Assembly (NCBI GenBank): GCA_030754595.1
Contig: JASLZZ010000109.1
Span: forward strand, 1 to 64,000
Direction of reading: 5' to 3'
DNA length: 64,000 nucleotides
Source: Nitrospinota bacterium
GTDB lineage: Bacteria; UBA8248
Under the pieces are notes generated by a model, which had not been told where the DNA came from, did no database searches, and was given only the letters and a program-made list of their open reading frames with translations. A program made the translations under genes and the position numbers. Positions 8,859 to 19,457 of the stretch are shown here, piece after piece; position 1 is the stretch's first letter, and each line of letters starts with the position of its first letter.

Positions 8859-9353
8859 TTACTTGGCGGCCATATTCTTCAGGTACTGGACGACGGCGTG
8901 AACGTCCTGCCAGACGAGGCGGCCGATGGGCCCCGAACTGTAGACGCCCACGGCGACCGTTCCGTCGGGCTTTACGAGGTAGCCCGTGCTGTGGAGGATC
9001 TGACGCTTTTCCTCGTAGAAACAGCCCGTTAACTCCGAAATCGCCTTGTTGTCGATACCGTAGCCCACCGGGAAATTGAGCCCGCACTCATCGACGGTTC
9101 CTTTGGCCTGCTCCTCCGTGTCCACGGAGGCCGCGACAACCTTGATGCCTTCCTCGGCCAGTTTCGAGGTCCGGGCGAAGGCAGTCAGCTGCTGCTTGCA
9201 GTAGGGTCACCAGTGACCCCGGTAGAAAAGAACCACTCCCCAGCTGCCCGCCAGATCGCCGGGCAGGGAAATCTTCCCGCCGCCGACCTGGTCCATCTCG
9301 ATGCCCGGGAAGGGTTCCCCCGAATCGAGCATCTTTTCCGTCATACGTGGCAT
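8859..9353 (-). CDS. Putative selenoprotein, peroxiredoxin-like (AhpC/TSA fold), UxxC, 164 aa
   Basis: ATG 9353 with GGAGG RBS; VVLFYRGHW-TGA(9207-9209)-PYCKQQL continues in frame into ORF 8859-9125; matches the FYRGxWCPYC family motif. Confidence 0.9.
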
Positions 9354-9637
9354 GAATCGCCCTCCGCTGGAATAGGGGCAAGACAAGCGTACAGGACCCT
9401 CCCGTCAGCGTTTACGCCCTATTCGATTATTCCCGGAATCCCCCCGAGCGCCTTTTATACCGATATGGAAGGGCAAATTCAACGGCGGGCTCCGCGCCGC
9501 CCGGTCATCTTCCATATCCTTGAAGCCACGAATAACCGGACCGCCGAAGCGGGCTCTGCTCCCGGCGGAGGCTTGACACCGCCTCCTCCGGGCCTCTAGC
9601 ATTCGTGGACGTTTTCAGCGAATCCAGGAGAAGGCCG

Positions 9638-9910
9638 ATGGGCGAGAAAATTCCCTGCGAGTACAGCAAAATCTTCCCTTGCGAAGAATGCAAGGCCGCC
9701 GGCGGCAACTCGCGCGAAGTGGAGCTCACCGAGGACGATGCCGAGCGCTACCTACCCCGCGAGGGCCAGACGAACATGATCGTCCCCAAGGATTGTCCCG
9801 TCGCACCGAAGAGCAGCGTTATCCGCTACGGACCCGATTATTTCGTGCTCAAGGCGGGCCGGGTGCTGCGGAAGGATTTCGTTCGCTCTTTGCCGAACTA
9901 CAAACCATAA
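9638..9910 (+). CDS. Small Cys-containing hypothetical protein
   Basis: AGGAG RBS, ATG 9638, CEY...CEEC...C pattern. Confidence 0.6.
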   Translation: MGEKIPCEYSKIFPCEECKAAGGNSREVELTEDDAERYLPREGQTNMIVPKDCPVAPKSSVIRYGPDYFVLKAGRVLRKDFVRSLPNYKP

Positions 9911-10058
9911 ATTTTCCGAGTTTCATCGCCCCTCCCATCCGCCGCACCGCCGTTTTGATCGGCGCTCTCCCCCGGCAGTGAACCTCCCTTTACGCTACAA
10001 TCGTTCACGCCATAAAATATCGAGACGACAAAAATCGCTCAGGCGAGAGGAGGGGAAA

Positions 10059-10418
10059 ATGCCGGCCAGGAAATTCAACTGGGACGAAATACCCGCTGAA
10101 CAGGTCACAGATAAATTCAGCCGTAAAATGATCGTCGGGGTGAACGAGATGCTCTGTTGGCTTGAACTCAAGCCGGGCTGCTTGGTCCCTCTCCACGCCC
10201 ACGAAAACGAACAAATCTCCCACGTCCTCAAGGGCCGCCTTCGGTTCGTCGTGGACGGAGAGATGATCGAGGTGGGACCCGGCGAGACTCTTCTCATCCC
10301 GCCGAATGCGCCGCACTCGGCCGAGGTCCTGGGAGATGAAACCGTCTACGACTACGATATTTTCAGCCCCATCCGAAGCGATTGGCTCGACGGGACAGAC
10401 GACTACCTGAAAAAGTAA
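10059..10418 (+). CDS. Cupin domain protein
   Basis: PLHAHENEQ and IPPNAPHSA cupin motifs; DIFSPIR. Confidence 0.9.
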   Translation: MPARKFNWDEIPAEQVTDKFSRKMIVGVNEMLCWLELKPGCLVPLHAHENEQISHVLKGRLRFVVDGEMIEVGPGETLLIPPNAPHSAEVLGDETVYDYDIFSPIRSDWLDGTDDYLKK

Positions 10419-10466
10419 CCCCTGCCGTCCGGGACGATAAAGCCCATATTGATAAGGGGGATTTCG

Positions 10467-11135
10467 ATGCGAACCGACAATAAACTTCTTCGGGGAGCGG
10501 CCGCTTTTCTAATCATGGCGGTCCTGTGGGGGTGCGCGGCCTCCCGGGTTCAGCGCCGGATCAGCCTCCGGTACGAGGGTCCGAAGCCCGCGGCCTTGCT
10601 TGATCCCTCCGTTCAGGCGTTTCCGGAGATCATCGTCGCGCCCTTTGCGGACCTTCGAAGAGAGAAAGGATCGTTCGGAACCTACGATTGGGGAAACCTG
10701 TCGGTGAACTATATCCCCGGCCCGGAATCGGTGTCCCAGGGGTTTACGCGATTAGTGAGAGAGTTTCTATCGAGCGCGGGAATGCGCCCCGTCCCCGGGG
10801 AGTGGAACGGCCAGCTCGACACCCTTCCGAACATAAACGCGGAACACGCCATATTCGGCGAGATCGAGCGGCTCGATTTTTCCGGCCGGGGTCGATTTTA
10901 CGAGGCCAAAAACCGGGGGACCATCCGGGTGATCATTAAATGGGGAAACCGGGGCGCCCGGAGAATCATCACCCGGACGGTTGAAGTCGCGCCGGACAGG
11001 CGGGAGTTTCACCTCTTCACCACCAACTACAACCATGTCTCGGGAATGGCGTCTCTCATCCGGAAAACGGTGAGCCGGGCGGTTCGCGAAAGCATGACGA
11101 GGCTGTTCCGCTCGTCCCCCAGCAGAGGAAAATAG
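10467..11135 (+). CDS. Putative lipoprotein
   Basis: Hydrophobic signal ending in lipobox LWGC. Confidence 0.65.
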   Translation: MRTDNKLLRGAAAFLIMAVLWGCAASRVQRRISLRYEGPKPAALLDPSVQAFPEIIVAPFADLRREKGSFGTYDWGNLSVNYIPGPESVSQGFTRLVREFLSSAGMRPVPGEWNGQLDTLPNINAEHAIFGEIERLDFSGRGRFYEAKNRGTIRVIIKWGNRGARRIITRTVEVAPDRREFHLFTTNYNHVSGMASLIRKTVSRAVRESMTRLFRSSPSRGK

Positions 11136-11221
11136 CGCGGGAAAATAAAATACTCCGCCCGGCCGGAGCGGGAAACGGCCCGGCCAAGGAACGGTGCGCC
11201 GAGGCGTCCGCTCCCGGCTGT

Positions 11222-12130
11222 CTACTTCTTCATCGTTTCGCCTTCGGGCGCCTTCCCACTCGAACCCTGCAAGAATCTCAGGAACTCGCTGTCCGAAGGG
11301 AGGAGGAGCGTCGTCTTGTCCTTCAGCGAGGCCCTGTACACTTCCAGGCTCTTGAGGAACGCGTAAAACTCGGTATCCTGACCGAACGCCTGCGCCGTGA
11401 GCTCGATGTTTTTCGCGTCGCCCACACCTTTAATATTTTGTTCTTTCTCGTAGGCCTCGGCCAGCAGGATATCGCGCTCGCGGTTCGTCTCGGCCCGGAT
11501 CTTCTGGGCCTCCTCTTTTCCCTCGGAGCGGTACTGGCGCGCGATCCGGTTACGCTCGGCCTGCATGCGGCCGAATATCGCTTTCAGGTTTTCCTGGGGA
11601 AGGTCGGCGCGCTTGAGGCGAACGTCCACAATCTCGATCCCGTACTTGTTCGCTTTGACGTTGCTTGTCTTCGTCACCCGCTCCATCAGCGCGGCCCGAT
11701 CGTGGGCGACGATTTGCACCAGCTCTTTCCGGCCGAGTTCTTCCCGCAATTCACTGTAAATGATGTCGTCCAGGCGCGCCTGAGCCCCCACTTCATTCCG
11801 AACCGTCCGGAGGAATTTGAGGGGATCGATGATTCGCCAACGGGAGAAGTTATCGATAACCAACGACTTTTTGTCCTGGGTGATGATCTCGGTGGGATTC
11901 GAATCGTACTCGAGGAGCCGCTTGTCGAAAAAAGTAAGCTGCTCCAAAAACGGCGTCCGGAAAGCAAGTCCGGCCTCCCTGAGAACCCGGACCGGTTTTC
12001 CCAGGCGGGTCACGACGACCTGTTGGTCTTCGCGAACCGTGAAAAAGATCGAATTTGTCAGGATCACGGCCAACACCGCGACGACCAGGAGCCCGATGAA
12101 TTTTTTGGGAACCGCAGGCGCTTTCGTCAT
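11222..12130 (-). CDS. hflC: Protease modulator HflC
   Basis: SPFH domain, DKKSLVID, RMQAERNRIA, EFYAFLKSLEVY; overlaps the hflK stop (ATGA). Confidence 0.95.
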   Translation of the reverse strand: MTKAPAVPKKFIGLLVVAVLAVILTNSIFFTVREDQQVVVTRLGKPVRVLREAGLAFRTPFLEQLTFFDKRLLEYDSNPTEIITQDKKSLVIDNFSRWRIIDPLKFLRTVRNEVGAQARLDDIIYSELREELGRKELVQIVAHDRAALMERVTKTSNVKANKYGIEIVDVRLKRADLPQENLKAIFGRMQAERNRIARQYRSEGKEEAQKIRAETNRERDILLAEAYEKEQNIKGVGDAKNIELTAQAFGQDTEFYAFLKSLEVYRASLKDKTTLLLPSDSEFLRFLQGSSGKAPEGETMKK

Positions 12131-13167
12131 CGTTTCAGGTCCTTCAATGCATCTCCCCTGAGCGAGAGAATCGGTAAAATTCCGGAATTGTTTTTCTTGT
12201 CCATTATGATCTTGTCCACGGTCGGCATAACCTCTTTCATCATTTCAAGGTAAAGACGCTTTCTGGTGATGTAGGGCGCCTTTTTATATTCCCGAAGCGT
12301 CGCCAAAAAACGGTCGGCGTCACCCCGGGCCTGCCTGATTTTCGTTTCCCGGTAGGCCTCGGCCTGACGAAGGACCTGGGCCGCCTTACCCCTCGCCTCG
12401 GGAATCACTTGATTTCGGTAGCCTTGCGATTCGTTGATCAGGCGGTTTTTATCCTCGCGCGCGCTGGCGACATCCTTGAAGGACTGAATCACCTCCTTGG
12501 GCGGGGTGACGTCCTGAAGCTGGACCGCCACCACGCTGAGCCCGCTTTCGTATTTATTCAGAACCTTCTGAATCTCGGCCATCGTCTCGACCTGGATAAC
12601 GCCCTTCCCGGTCGTCAGCGCCTCGTTGATCGGCTTGCTGCCCACCACCTGGCGTATGGCCGCTTCGGCCGCGTGACCCACGGTCATCTGCGCATTGCGC
12701 ACATTAAAGAGATATTTCACGGCGTCGGAAATCCGGTACTGGACGATGACGTCCAAATCCACCATGTTTTCGTCGCCGGTCAACATCAGCGACTCGTGCG
12801 GCTTGTCCAAATACCTTGCCGGAGGTCCAGGATCGATGGTTCTGAAGCCGATCTCAATCCGCTTGACTTCCGTGACCTTGGGGGTGAATACCGTTTCGAA
12901 CGGATAGGGGATGTGATAGTTCAGGCCGGATAAAGCCACCCGGGCGACGGCTCCGTACCTGAGAACAATACCCTGCTCGTCGGGCCCCACGATATAAATG
13001 CCCGACAACAGCCACAAGGCGAGAGCGACAACGACAAAAAACACCCCGGGAAGCTTCATGTTCGGCATCCGGAATTCCGGTATCCGGATTTGCGGTGGTC
13101 CGGTCCCGCCCCCGCCTCCGCCACCACCTTGTTTTCTAGCTTTAAAATCATCCCAATCCATCGGCAT
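12127..13167 (-). CDS. hflK: Protease modulator HflK
   Basis: MLTGDEN, SFKDVASARED, ITRKRLYLE; Gly-rich N-terminus. Confidence 0.95.
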   Translation of the reverse strand: MPMDWDDFKARKQGGGGGGGGTGPPQIRIPEFRMPNMKLPGVFFVVVALALWLLSGIYIVGPDEQGIVLRYGAVARVALSGLNYHIPYPFETVFTPKVTEVKRIEIGFRTIDPGPPARYLDKPHESLMLTGDENMVDLDVIVQYRISDAVKYLFNVRNAQMTVGHAAEAAIRQVVGSKPINEALTTGKGVIQVETMAEIQKVLNKYESGLSVVAVQLQDVTPPKEVIQSFKDVASAREDKNRLINESQGYRNQVIPEARGKAAQVLRQAEAYRETKIRQARGDADRFLATLREYKKAPYITRKRLYLEMMKEVMPTVDKIIMDKKNNSGILPILSLRGDALKDLKR

Positions 13168-13266
13168 GAACACTTCTCCTCGCGGCCTTTTTTAATATGC
13201 GGAAATCCCGCAATTTTCTTTCGCCTCAATTCAGGGTATGAACCGTAAGGGGGTTGAATATTGAAG

Positions 13267-14247
13267 TCAACCGCGCATTACAGGCTCCCATAAGGTCCTC
13301 CTCAGAGCTTCCCGTATCACCCTCCTGCCGGGAATTCCCTCCTGAGCGCCTTTTTTTCGGACCGAAAGGGCGCTAGCCGCAACCGCGAATCGGACGGCGT
13401 TTTTTAAGGTGGCCCCCTCCGCCAAAGAGGCGGCCAACGCACCCGAAAAAACATCGCCCGCCCCGGTGGTATCTGCCACCCGGATGCCGCCGGGAGGCCT
13501 CACCCAGGCGATCTCCCCCTTTCCGTGGAGCAAAGCGCCCCTCGCCCCCGCGGTGAGCACCACGGAACCGGCGCCCTTCTTTAATAGCGCCCGGCATATA
13601 CGCAACAGGCCCGCCTCGCTCCGCGGAACGCCTCCCCCCGCGAGAGCGGCGGCCTCGATTTCATTCGGAACAATGACATCCGCCAGTTGAATCAGTTTCG
13701 GAGGAAGCGGCCCCGGAGCCGGCGCGGGATTGAGGATGGTGACGGCCCCCCGCCGTTTGGCCGACCGGAAGGCCGCTATCACGGACGCGGCGGGAATCTC
13801 GAGTTGGGCCAGTACGGCATCGCCATATTCGAGTATTCCATTGCTTTTGGCTTTATCTTGGCCCATGAGGCGCGGCGTCAGCCGGGCGTTGGCGCCGGGC
13901 GAGACCGCAATCTGGTTCCGGCCCGCCCCGTCCACGATGATCAGTGCGGTTCCGGTCGCGCCGGGAACGGTGAGGAGCCCCCGGCGTTGGAGTCCCTCCG
14001 AGAGGAGCCGCCGCCGGTAGGCGGCGCCGGCGGGATCATCGCCCGTCGCCGATACGAACCGGACCCGGGCGCCCGCCCTGAGGGCGGCAAGGGCCTGGTT
14101 GGCTCCCTTTCCCCCCCAGCGCTCCAGGCTATCTCCGCCCAACACCGTTTCGCCCGGAGCCGGGAGCCGGTCCACGGAGACGGAGATATCGATGTTGGCG
14201 CTTCCGATGACGAGCACCCTTGGCGCGTCCTTGTCAGGACCAGCCAC
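13267..14247 (-). CDS. rbsK: Ribokinase (PfkB family)
   Basis: GSANID, GGKGANQA, NPAPA, PNEIEA, DTTGAGD. Confidence 0.9.
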   Translation of the reverse strand: MAGPDKDAPRVLVIGSANIDISVSVDRLPAPGETVLGGDSLERWGGKGANQALAALRAGARVRFVSATGDDPAGAAYRRRLLSEGLQRRGLLTVPGATGTALIIVDGAGRNQIAVSPGANARLTPRLMGQDKAKSNGILEYGDAVLAQLEIPAASVIAAFRSAKRRGAVTILNPAPAPGPLPPKLIQLADVIVPNEIEAAALAGGGVPRSEAGLLRICRALLKKGAGSVVLTAGARGALLHGKGEIAWVRPPGGIRVADTTGAGDVFSGALAASLAEGATLKNAVRFAVAASALSVRKKGAQEGIPGRRVIREALRRTLWEPVMRG

Positions 14248-15244
14248 GGTAGGCTCTCAGCCTGCTTAGAAAAAGACGCAGAAACCGTTTTTCATCCACC
14301 TCCATCGCCACCTCCGCGCTCCGGGCGCGGGAAGCCGGCGCGTCCGCCCCCGGCCGGAGGTCCACCACGGTCATCCCCCTCGCCGGGCCGCTTCCGCACT
14401 CGACCGAGACCTTTCGGTGCAGGCAGCCAACCAGGCCGGGCTCCAGCGCCGCGGCTACCGCCAAGGGGTCGTGAAGGGTGACGCCATCCACCCCCCGGCG
14501 GCGCTTTGAGAACCCGATATACGGACGCGCCAAATCACGAAGCGCCCCGCGGAACTCCCCTCCCCCCCCAAGCGACCGGGAGGGCAGGACGGCGCGCCGG
14601 GTCACATTGAGCCCGATCATGGTGATCGGCGCTCCGCAATTCATGACGACCTCGGCGGCCTCGGGGTCGCAGTGCACATTAAACTCCGCGGCCCGGGTGG
14701 CATTTCCCGGCACTTGTGCCGCCCCGCCCATGATGACGATGCGGCCGACCCCGGCCAGGGCCTTCCGGTCCCGCCTAACCGCGAGCGCCAGGTTCGTCAG
14801 GGGGCCGATAGCAATGATCGAGAGTGAGCCGCCGAGCCCGCGGGAAAGGGAGGCAATGACCTGACTGGCCACCCGGGATTCCCGCCGAAGCCCGGGGGCG
14901 GGGGGCTTTCTTTTTCGAAAGAGATCGCCGAGCCCGTCCTCGCCGTGAATCGAAATCGAAATTTTTCGGTCAATACGTCCTCCCCGGAGGGGAAGTCCCG
15001 CGCCCGGATAGACCGCCGGCAGGGGCTTGGGTGACCTTAAATTCACACCGAGAAAGGAGACCACCCGGCGGGCGTTCCGGTAGGCCATCCGGGCCGGCAC
15101 ATTCCCGTGCACAGTGGTGATGGCCCTTAAGTCGATCTCCGGAGAGGCCAGCGCCAGCGCAATGGCAAAGGCATCATCAACCCCCGGATCGCAATCGATA
15201 AGAGTTGGCGTCTGTATTTTTTTCGCCATCTTAATTTTTTTCAA
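14234..15244 (-). CDS. Inosine/uridine-preferring nucleoside hydrolase
   Basis: DCDPGVDD, HGEDGLG, GPLTNLA, AEFNVHCDPEAA, LHDPLA. Confidence 0.92.
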   Translation of the reverse strand: MKKIKMAKKIQTPTLIDCDPGVDDAFAIALALASPEIDLRAITTVHGNVPARMAYRNARRVVSFLGVNLRSPKPLPAVYPGAGLPLRGGRIDRKISISIHGEDGLGDLFRKRKPPAPGLRRESRVASQVIASLSRGLGGSLSIIAIGPLTNLALAVRRDRKALAGVGRIVIMGGAAQVPGNATRAAEFNVHCDPEAAEVVMNCGAPITMIGLNVTRRAVLPSRSLGGGGEFRGALRDLARPYIGFSKRRRGVDGVTLHDPLAVAAALEPGLVGCLHRKVSVECGSGPARGMTVVDLRPGADAPASRARSAEVAMEVDEKRFLRLFLSRLRAYRGWS

Positions 15245-15671
15245 CTCTCTCTTGAAACCAAGACACCCTATATCAAACTCTGTATTGTTGGTTTTATATT
15301 GATACTTATATACTTACGCCGACTATCGTTCATTTATGCCTATTTTATGTCCCAAAGATAAAATAATACGGACACTACCAGCCCACAAAAACATCGTACC
15401 TAAATAATTTAAAATCAAACAAATAAAAAAAACTTTGGGCTTATTGTATTATTTATATTACTTTGCAAGCAAGTGTCTCTTTCTGTATCTATTTGATATG
15501 CTATCGGTTAACAATCCGCCCGCCTTGAACTGTTGACAACCATCGGTTTTTATTGTAGTTATAGAGCTTTTGGAGCCGTATCTTTCCCAAGTGCTCAGGA
15601 TCAAACAAAGAGCATGTGAACCGAGGTGGTACCCAAAACCCACCCGATAGACCTTGAGCGATTAACTCTTT

Positions 15672-17774
15672 ATGACAAATCAACCACGTCCAAAATCATC
15701 GTCCCGGCGGCGATTGGTCACCGCTATTGATATCGGGGGCACGTTTACCGATATCGTCATATATGACATGGGAAGTGGCAAATCTCTCGTCGGGAAATAT
15801 CTGACCACCCCCCACGATCCGTCCATCGGCGCCCTGGCGGGCCTTCGTGCGCTCCTCGATGAGTTCGGATTTCGCTTTAAGGAACTCAGCCAGGCCATTC
15901 ACGCAACAACGCTGGCAACCAATGCCATCATCGAGCGCAAGGGGGCGACCACCGGCCTGATCACGACCAAAGGGTTCCAGGATATTCTCCTCATCGGCCG
16001 GGAATCGAGATACGACATTTACGATCTCGTTCCAGAGTTCCCCGAGCCACTGGTGCCGGCGCCGATGCGCCGCGAACTCACCGAGAGAATTTCCGGAACC
16101 GGAGAGATCCTCCAACCGCTCAGCCCCCAAGAAGTAAAAGTCACCATCCAGGAACTCGTCGATAAAGGAGCGAACTCGATAGCGGTTTGCTTGCTTCACT
16201 CCTATATCAACCCCGAGCACGAAGAAGCCATTGCGGAGTCCATAATCGAATCGTTCCCCGACATGAGCTTCAGCCTCTCTTCCAAGGTCTGTCCCGAAAT
16301 TCGCGAATACGAACGGACTTCCACCACAGTCGCCAACGCTTATATCCAACCGATCGTCTCCCGCTATCTCGAGGACCTCGAATCGAATCTCGACGATGTA
16401 CCACTCTATCTCATGCTTTCAAATGGCGGAATCGCGACGGCCCGGTCCGCCGCGAGAACTCCGATTCGGATGATCGAGTCGGGCCCGGCCGGCGGGGCGC
16501 TGTCCGCCGCCTATTTCGGCGCCCAGAGTGGTTTTGAGGATCTCATTGCCTTTGACATGGGCGGCACCACCGCGAAATCCTGCATCATCGAACAATCCAT
16601 ACCTCACTTTACGTTCAACTTCGAGATTGCGCGTGTAAAGCGATTCAAGAAACACAGCGGCCTTCCCATACAGGTTCCGTGCATCGATTTGATCGAGGCT
16701 GGCGCCGGCGGCGGAAGCATCGCCTTTATCGACGAGATGGGACTTCTAAAAGTCGGGCCCGAAAGCCAAGGGGCCTCCCCCGGTCCCGCTTGCTACGGCC
16801 TCGGAGGGGACAAGCCCACCGTCACCGACGCGGATCTTATTCTAGGCTACATCAACCCAGAATATTTTCTCGGCGGAATGATGGAAATATTCCCCGAGGC
16901 CGCCTCCCAGGCCATCCGGAAAAACATTGCCGAACCTCTAAAAACCCAAGAGGTACAGGCCGCCTGGGGAATACACGAGGTCGTCAACGAGACGATGGCC
17001 GCCGCCACCCGCATCCAGCTCTCCGAGCGCGGAAACGACCCCCGCAATTTCACCCTCGTCGCAACAGGAGGGGCGGGCCCTGTTCATGCCTTCCATCTCG
17101 CGCGGAAGGTCGGTCTTCACCGGATTATCTGTCCACCCGCCGCGGGCCTGGCATCGAGTCTTGGGCTGCTTACTGTTCCCTTCAAGGTCGATACGGTGGA
17201 CAGCTACGTTTCCTCGCTCGAAGAGGTGGATGTCGAGAGACTCAACACCCTCTTCGCGGAACGGGAGAAACAGTGTTACGCCCTCCTTAAGTCCGCCGGT
17301 GTAAAAGAGCGGGATATCCAGATAGAGCGCATGGCGGATATCAGCTTCGAGGGCCAGGGATACCCGTTAACGGTTCCAATTCCTACGGGAAAACTCAAAA
17401 CGAACCAAATGGAAGTCATCGAAAAATCCTTCCGGGATAAATACGTCGAGGCACACGGGCGCGCGATCAACGACGTGCCCCTTCGTGTGTTTAACTGGCG
17501 GATCTTCGGAATCGGACCGTCTCCAGCGGTGAGTTTTAAATTCGCCAACTTCCCCACAAAGGGGAGCGGAAATCCGCAAAAAGGCACCCAACTGATTTTC
17601 CTGCCGGAATCGAAGGGTTTCCGGAAGGTGAATGTCTACAACCGCTACCTTCTCCGGCCCAATCAGAAATTCAAGGGCCCGGCCCTGGTCGAAGAGCGGG
17701 AGACCACAACGGTTATCGGATCACGGTCGAACTTTTCGGTCGATAAGCACCTGAATCTAGTAATCGAACTTTAG
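15672..17774 (+). CDS. Hydantoinase/5-oxoprolinase family, A subunit
   Basis: DIGGTFTD, HATTLATNA, EYERTSTT, ESGPAGG, DMGGTT, GAGGGS. Confidence 0.93.
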   Translation: MTNQPRPKSSSRRRLVTAIDIGGTFTDIVIYDMGSGKSLVGKYLTTPHDPSIGALAGLRALLDEFGFRFKELSQAIHATTLATNAIIERKGATTGLITTKGFQDILLIGRESRYDIYDLVPEFPEPLVPAPMRRELTERISGTGEILQPLSPQEVKVTIQELVDKGANSIAVCLLHSYINPEHEEAIAESIIESFPDMSFSLSSKVCPEIREYERTSTTVANAYIQPIVSRYLEDLESNLDDVPLYLMLSNGGIATARSAARTPIRMIESGPAGGALSAAYFGAQSGFEDLIAFDMGGTTAKSCIIEQSIPHFTFNFEIARVKRFKKHSGLPIQVPCIDLIEAGAGGGSIAFIDEMGLLKVGPESQGASPGPACYGLGGDKPTVTDADLILGYINPEYFLGGMMEIFPEAASQAIRKNIAEPLKTQEVQAAWGIHEVVNETMAAATRIQLSERGNDPRNFTLVATGGAGPVHAFHLARKVGLHRIICPPAAGLASSLGLLTVPFKVDTVDSYVSSLEEVDVERLNTLFAEREKQCYALLKSAGVKERDIQIERMADISFEGQGYPLTVPIPTGKLKTNQMEVIEKSFRDKYVEAHGRAINDVPLRVFNWRIFGIGPSPAVSFKFANFPTKGSGNPQKGTQLIFLPESKGFRKVNVYNRYLLRPNQKFKGPALVEERETTTVIGSRSNFSVDKHLNLVIEL

Positions 17775-17787
17775 GAGGCAATTAACG

Positions 17788-19452
17788 ATGGCCCGAAAGG
17801 GAATCGACCCAATCACTTTAGAAGTGCTTTGGAGCCGACTTATCGCCATCGCCGAAGAGTCGGCAATGGAAATTATCCGGACGGCGTTTTCCACCACGGT
17901 GCGAGAGACGCACATGTTTGCAGTGGTCCTTCTCGATACGAAGGGCTACGCCATCTCGCACGCCGGGTCGGCAATGCCCAGTTTCGTGGGCTCGATGCCT
18001 TTGACCATCCGTCAGCTTTTGAAAACCTTCCCGGCCGAATCCTTTCAGCCTGACGATCTGGTCCTGACCAACGACCCATGGTTGGGCACGGGACATCTAC
18101 AGGACGTGACCTCGCTCGCACCAATTTTCTACAAAAAAAACATCGTCGGCTTCATCGGCATTACATCGCACGCCACCGACATGGGCGGAAAGCTCCGCTC
18201 ACCCGAGGTCAGGGACATTTACGAGGAAGGTATTCAGCTTCCGCCGTGTAAATACATGGCCGAGGGACAGGTGAATCCCGATATTCTCCGAATCATCCGC
18301 GCCAACGTGCGGGTTCCCGAGCAGGTCGAGGGAGATTTAATCTCCCACATGGCCGGCGGCAAACTCGCGGCCCAGCGCGTCCAGGCCATGCTCGAAGAAT
18401 ACAAACTCCGCGATCTCGACTCTGTCGCCACGACGATATTCCAGCGATCGGAAAACGCCATGCGCGAGGCGATCAAAAAAGTGCCCGATGGCGAGTATCG
18501 CTTTCACGTCAACACGGACGGCTATGACGAACCGCTGATTATCCGTGTCGAAGTCAGGGTAAGGGGCAGCAGCATCGTGGTCGACTATACGGGCACATCG
18601 CCCCAGGTGGACCGCGGCCTCAACGCAGTTTTGAATTACGTCTTCGCCTACTCGGCCTATTCGCTGAAATGCCTTTTCTGCCCGAGCGTTCCCAACAACG
18701 AGGGGAATTTCCGGCCCGTCACGGTGACCGCGCCCGAGGGGAGCATCCTTAACCCGCGTTATCCCGCGCCGGTGAACGGGCGCTCCATGGTGGGCCAGTT
18801 CATCCCCTCTGTCATTTTCGGTGCGCTTTGCAAGGCAGTCCCCGAAATGGTCCAGGCGGCCAGCGGAAGCCCCGTCTGGGCCATCAACGCCGCCGGAGTG
18901 GACAAGCAGGCCCACCGTTTCGCCGGAAACTTCTTCCTCAACGGCGGGCAGGGTGCCTCCAAGAACCACGACGGGATTAGCTGCTTGAGCTTTCCTTCAA
19001 ACACTTCGAACACGCCCATTGAAATTCTCGAGCACATCGTCCCCCTCCTGGTGGAGCGAAAAGCCATCATCCGCGACAGCGGCGGGTCGGGCGAGTTCGT
19101 GGGCGGTAACGGCCAGCAGGTAATAGTCAAATCCCTTTCGAACGAGCAAATTCTCCTCAGCTTCCTCAGCGAGAGAACGCGCCACCCCTCCTATGGCCTT
19201 TTCGGTGGAAAAAACGGCCGGGTCGGGAAGGTGACGCTGAACGGGCGGCCGATCAACCCGAAACGCCAATGGGTGATGAGCCCGGGAGACCGCCTGGTTC
19301 TCGAGGTGCCGAGCGGCGGCGGCTACGGAGATCCGAAGGATCGAAATCGAGACGCCATCGAACGCGACTTGCGCGAGGGCCTGCTGTCCATTCAAAAAGC
19401 GCGCGCCGAATATTCCTTTGACGGAGACTACTCCGGCTCCGAAACCAACTGA
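17788..19452 (+). CDS. Hydantoinase B/oxoprolinase family subunit
   Basis: NDPWLGTGHLQD, HATDMGG, RDSGGSG, GGGYGDP. Confidence 0.93.
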   Translation: MARKGIDPITLEVLWSRLIAIAEESAMEIIRTAFSTTVRETHMFAVVLLDTKGYAISHAGSAMPSFVGSMPLTIRQLLKTFPAESFQPDDLVLTNDPWLGTGHLQDVTSLAPIFYKKNIVGFIGITSHATDMGGKLRSPEVRDIYEEGIQLPPCKYMAEGQVNPDILRIIRANVRVPEQVEGDLISHMAGGKLAAQRVQAMLEEYKLRDLDSVATTIFQRSENAMREAIKKVPDGEYRFHVNTDGYDEPLIIRVEVRVRGSSIVVDYTGTSPQVDRGLNAVLNYVFAYSAYSLKCLFCPSVPNNEGNFRPVTVTAPEGSILNPRYPAPVNGRSMVGQFIPSVIFGALCKAVPEMVQAASGSPVWAINAAGVDKQAHRFAGNFFLNGGQGASKNHDGISCLSFPSNTSNTPIEILEHIVPLLVERKAIIRDSGGSGEFVGGNGQQVIVKSLSNEQILLSFLSERTRHPSYGLFGGKNGRVGKVTLNGRPINPKRQWVMSPGDRLVLEVPSGGGYGDPKDRNRDAIERDLREGLLSIQKARAEYSFDGDYSGSETN

Positions 19453-19457
19453 TCTGC

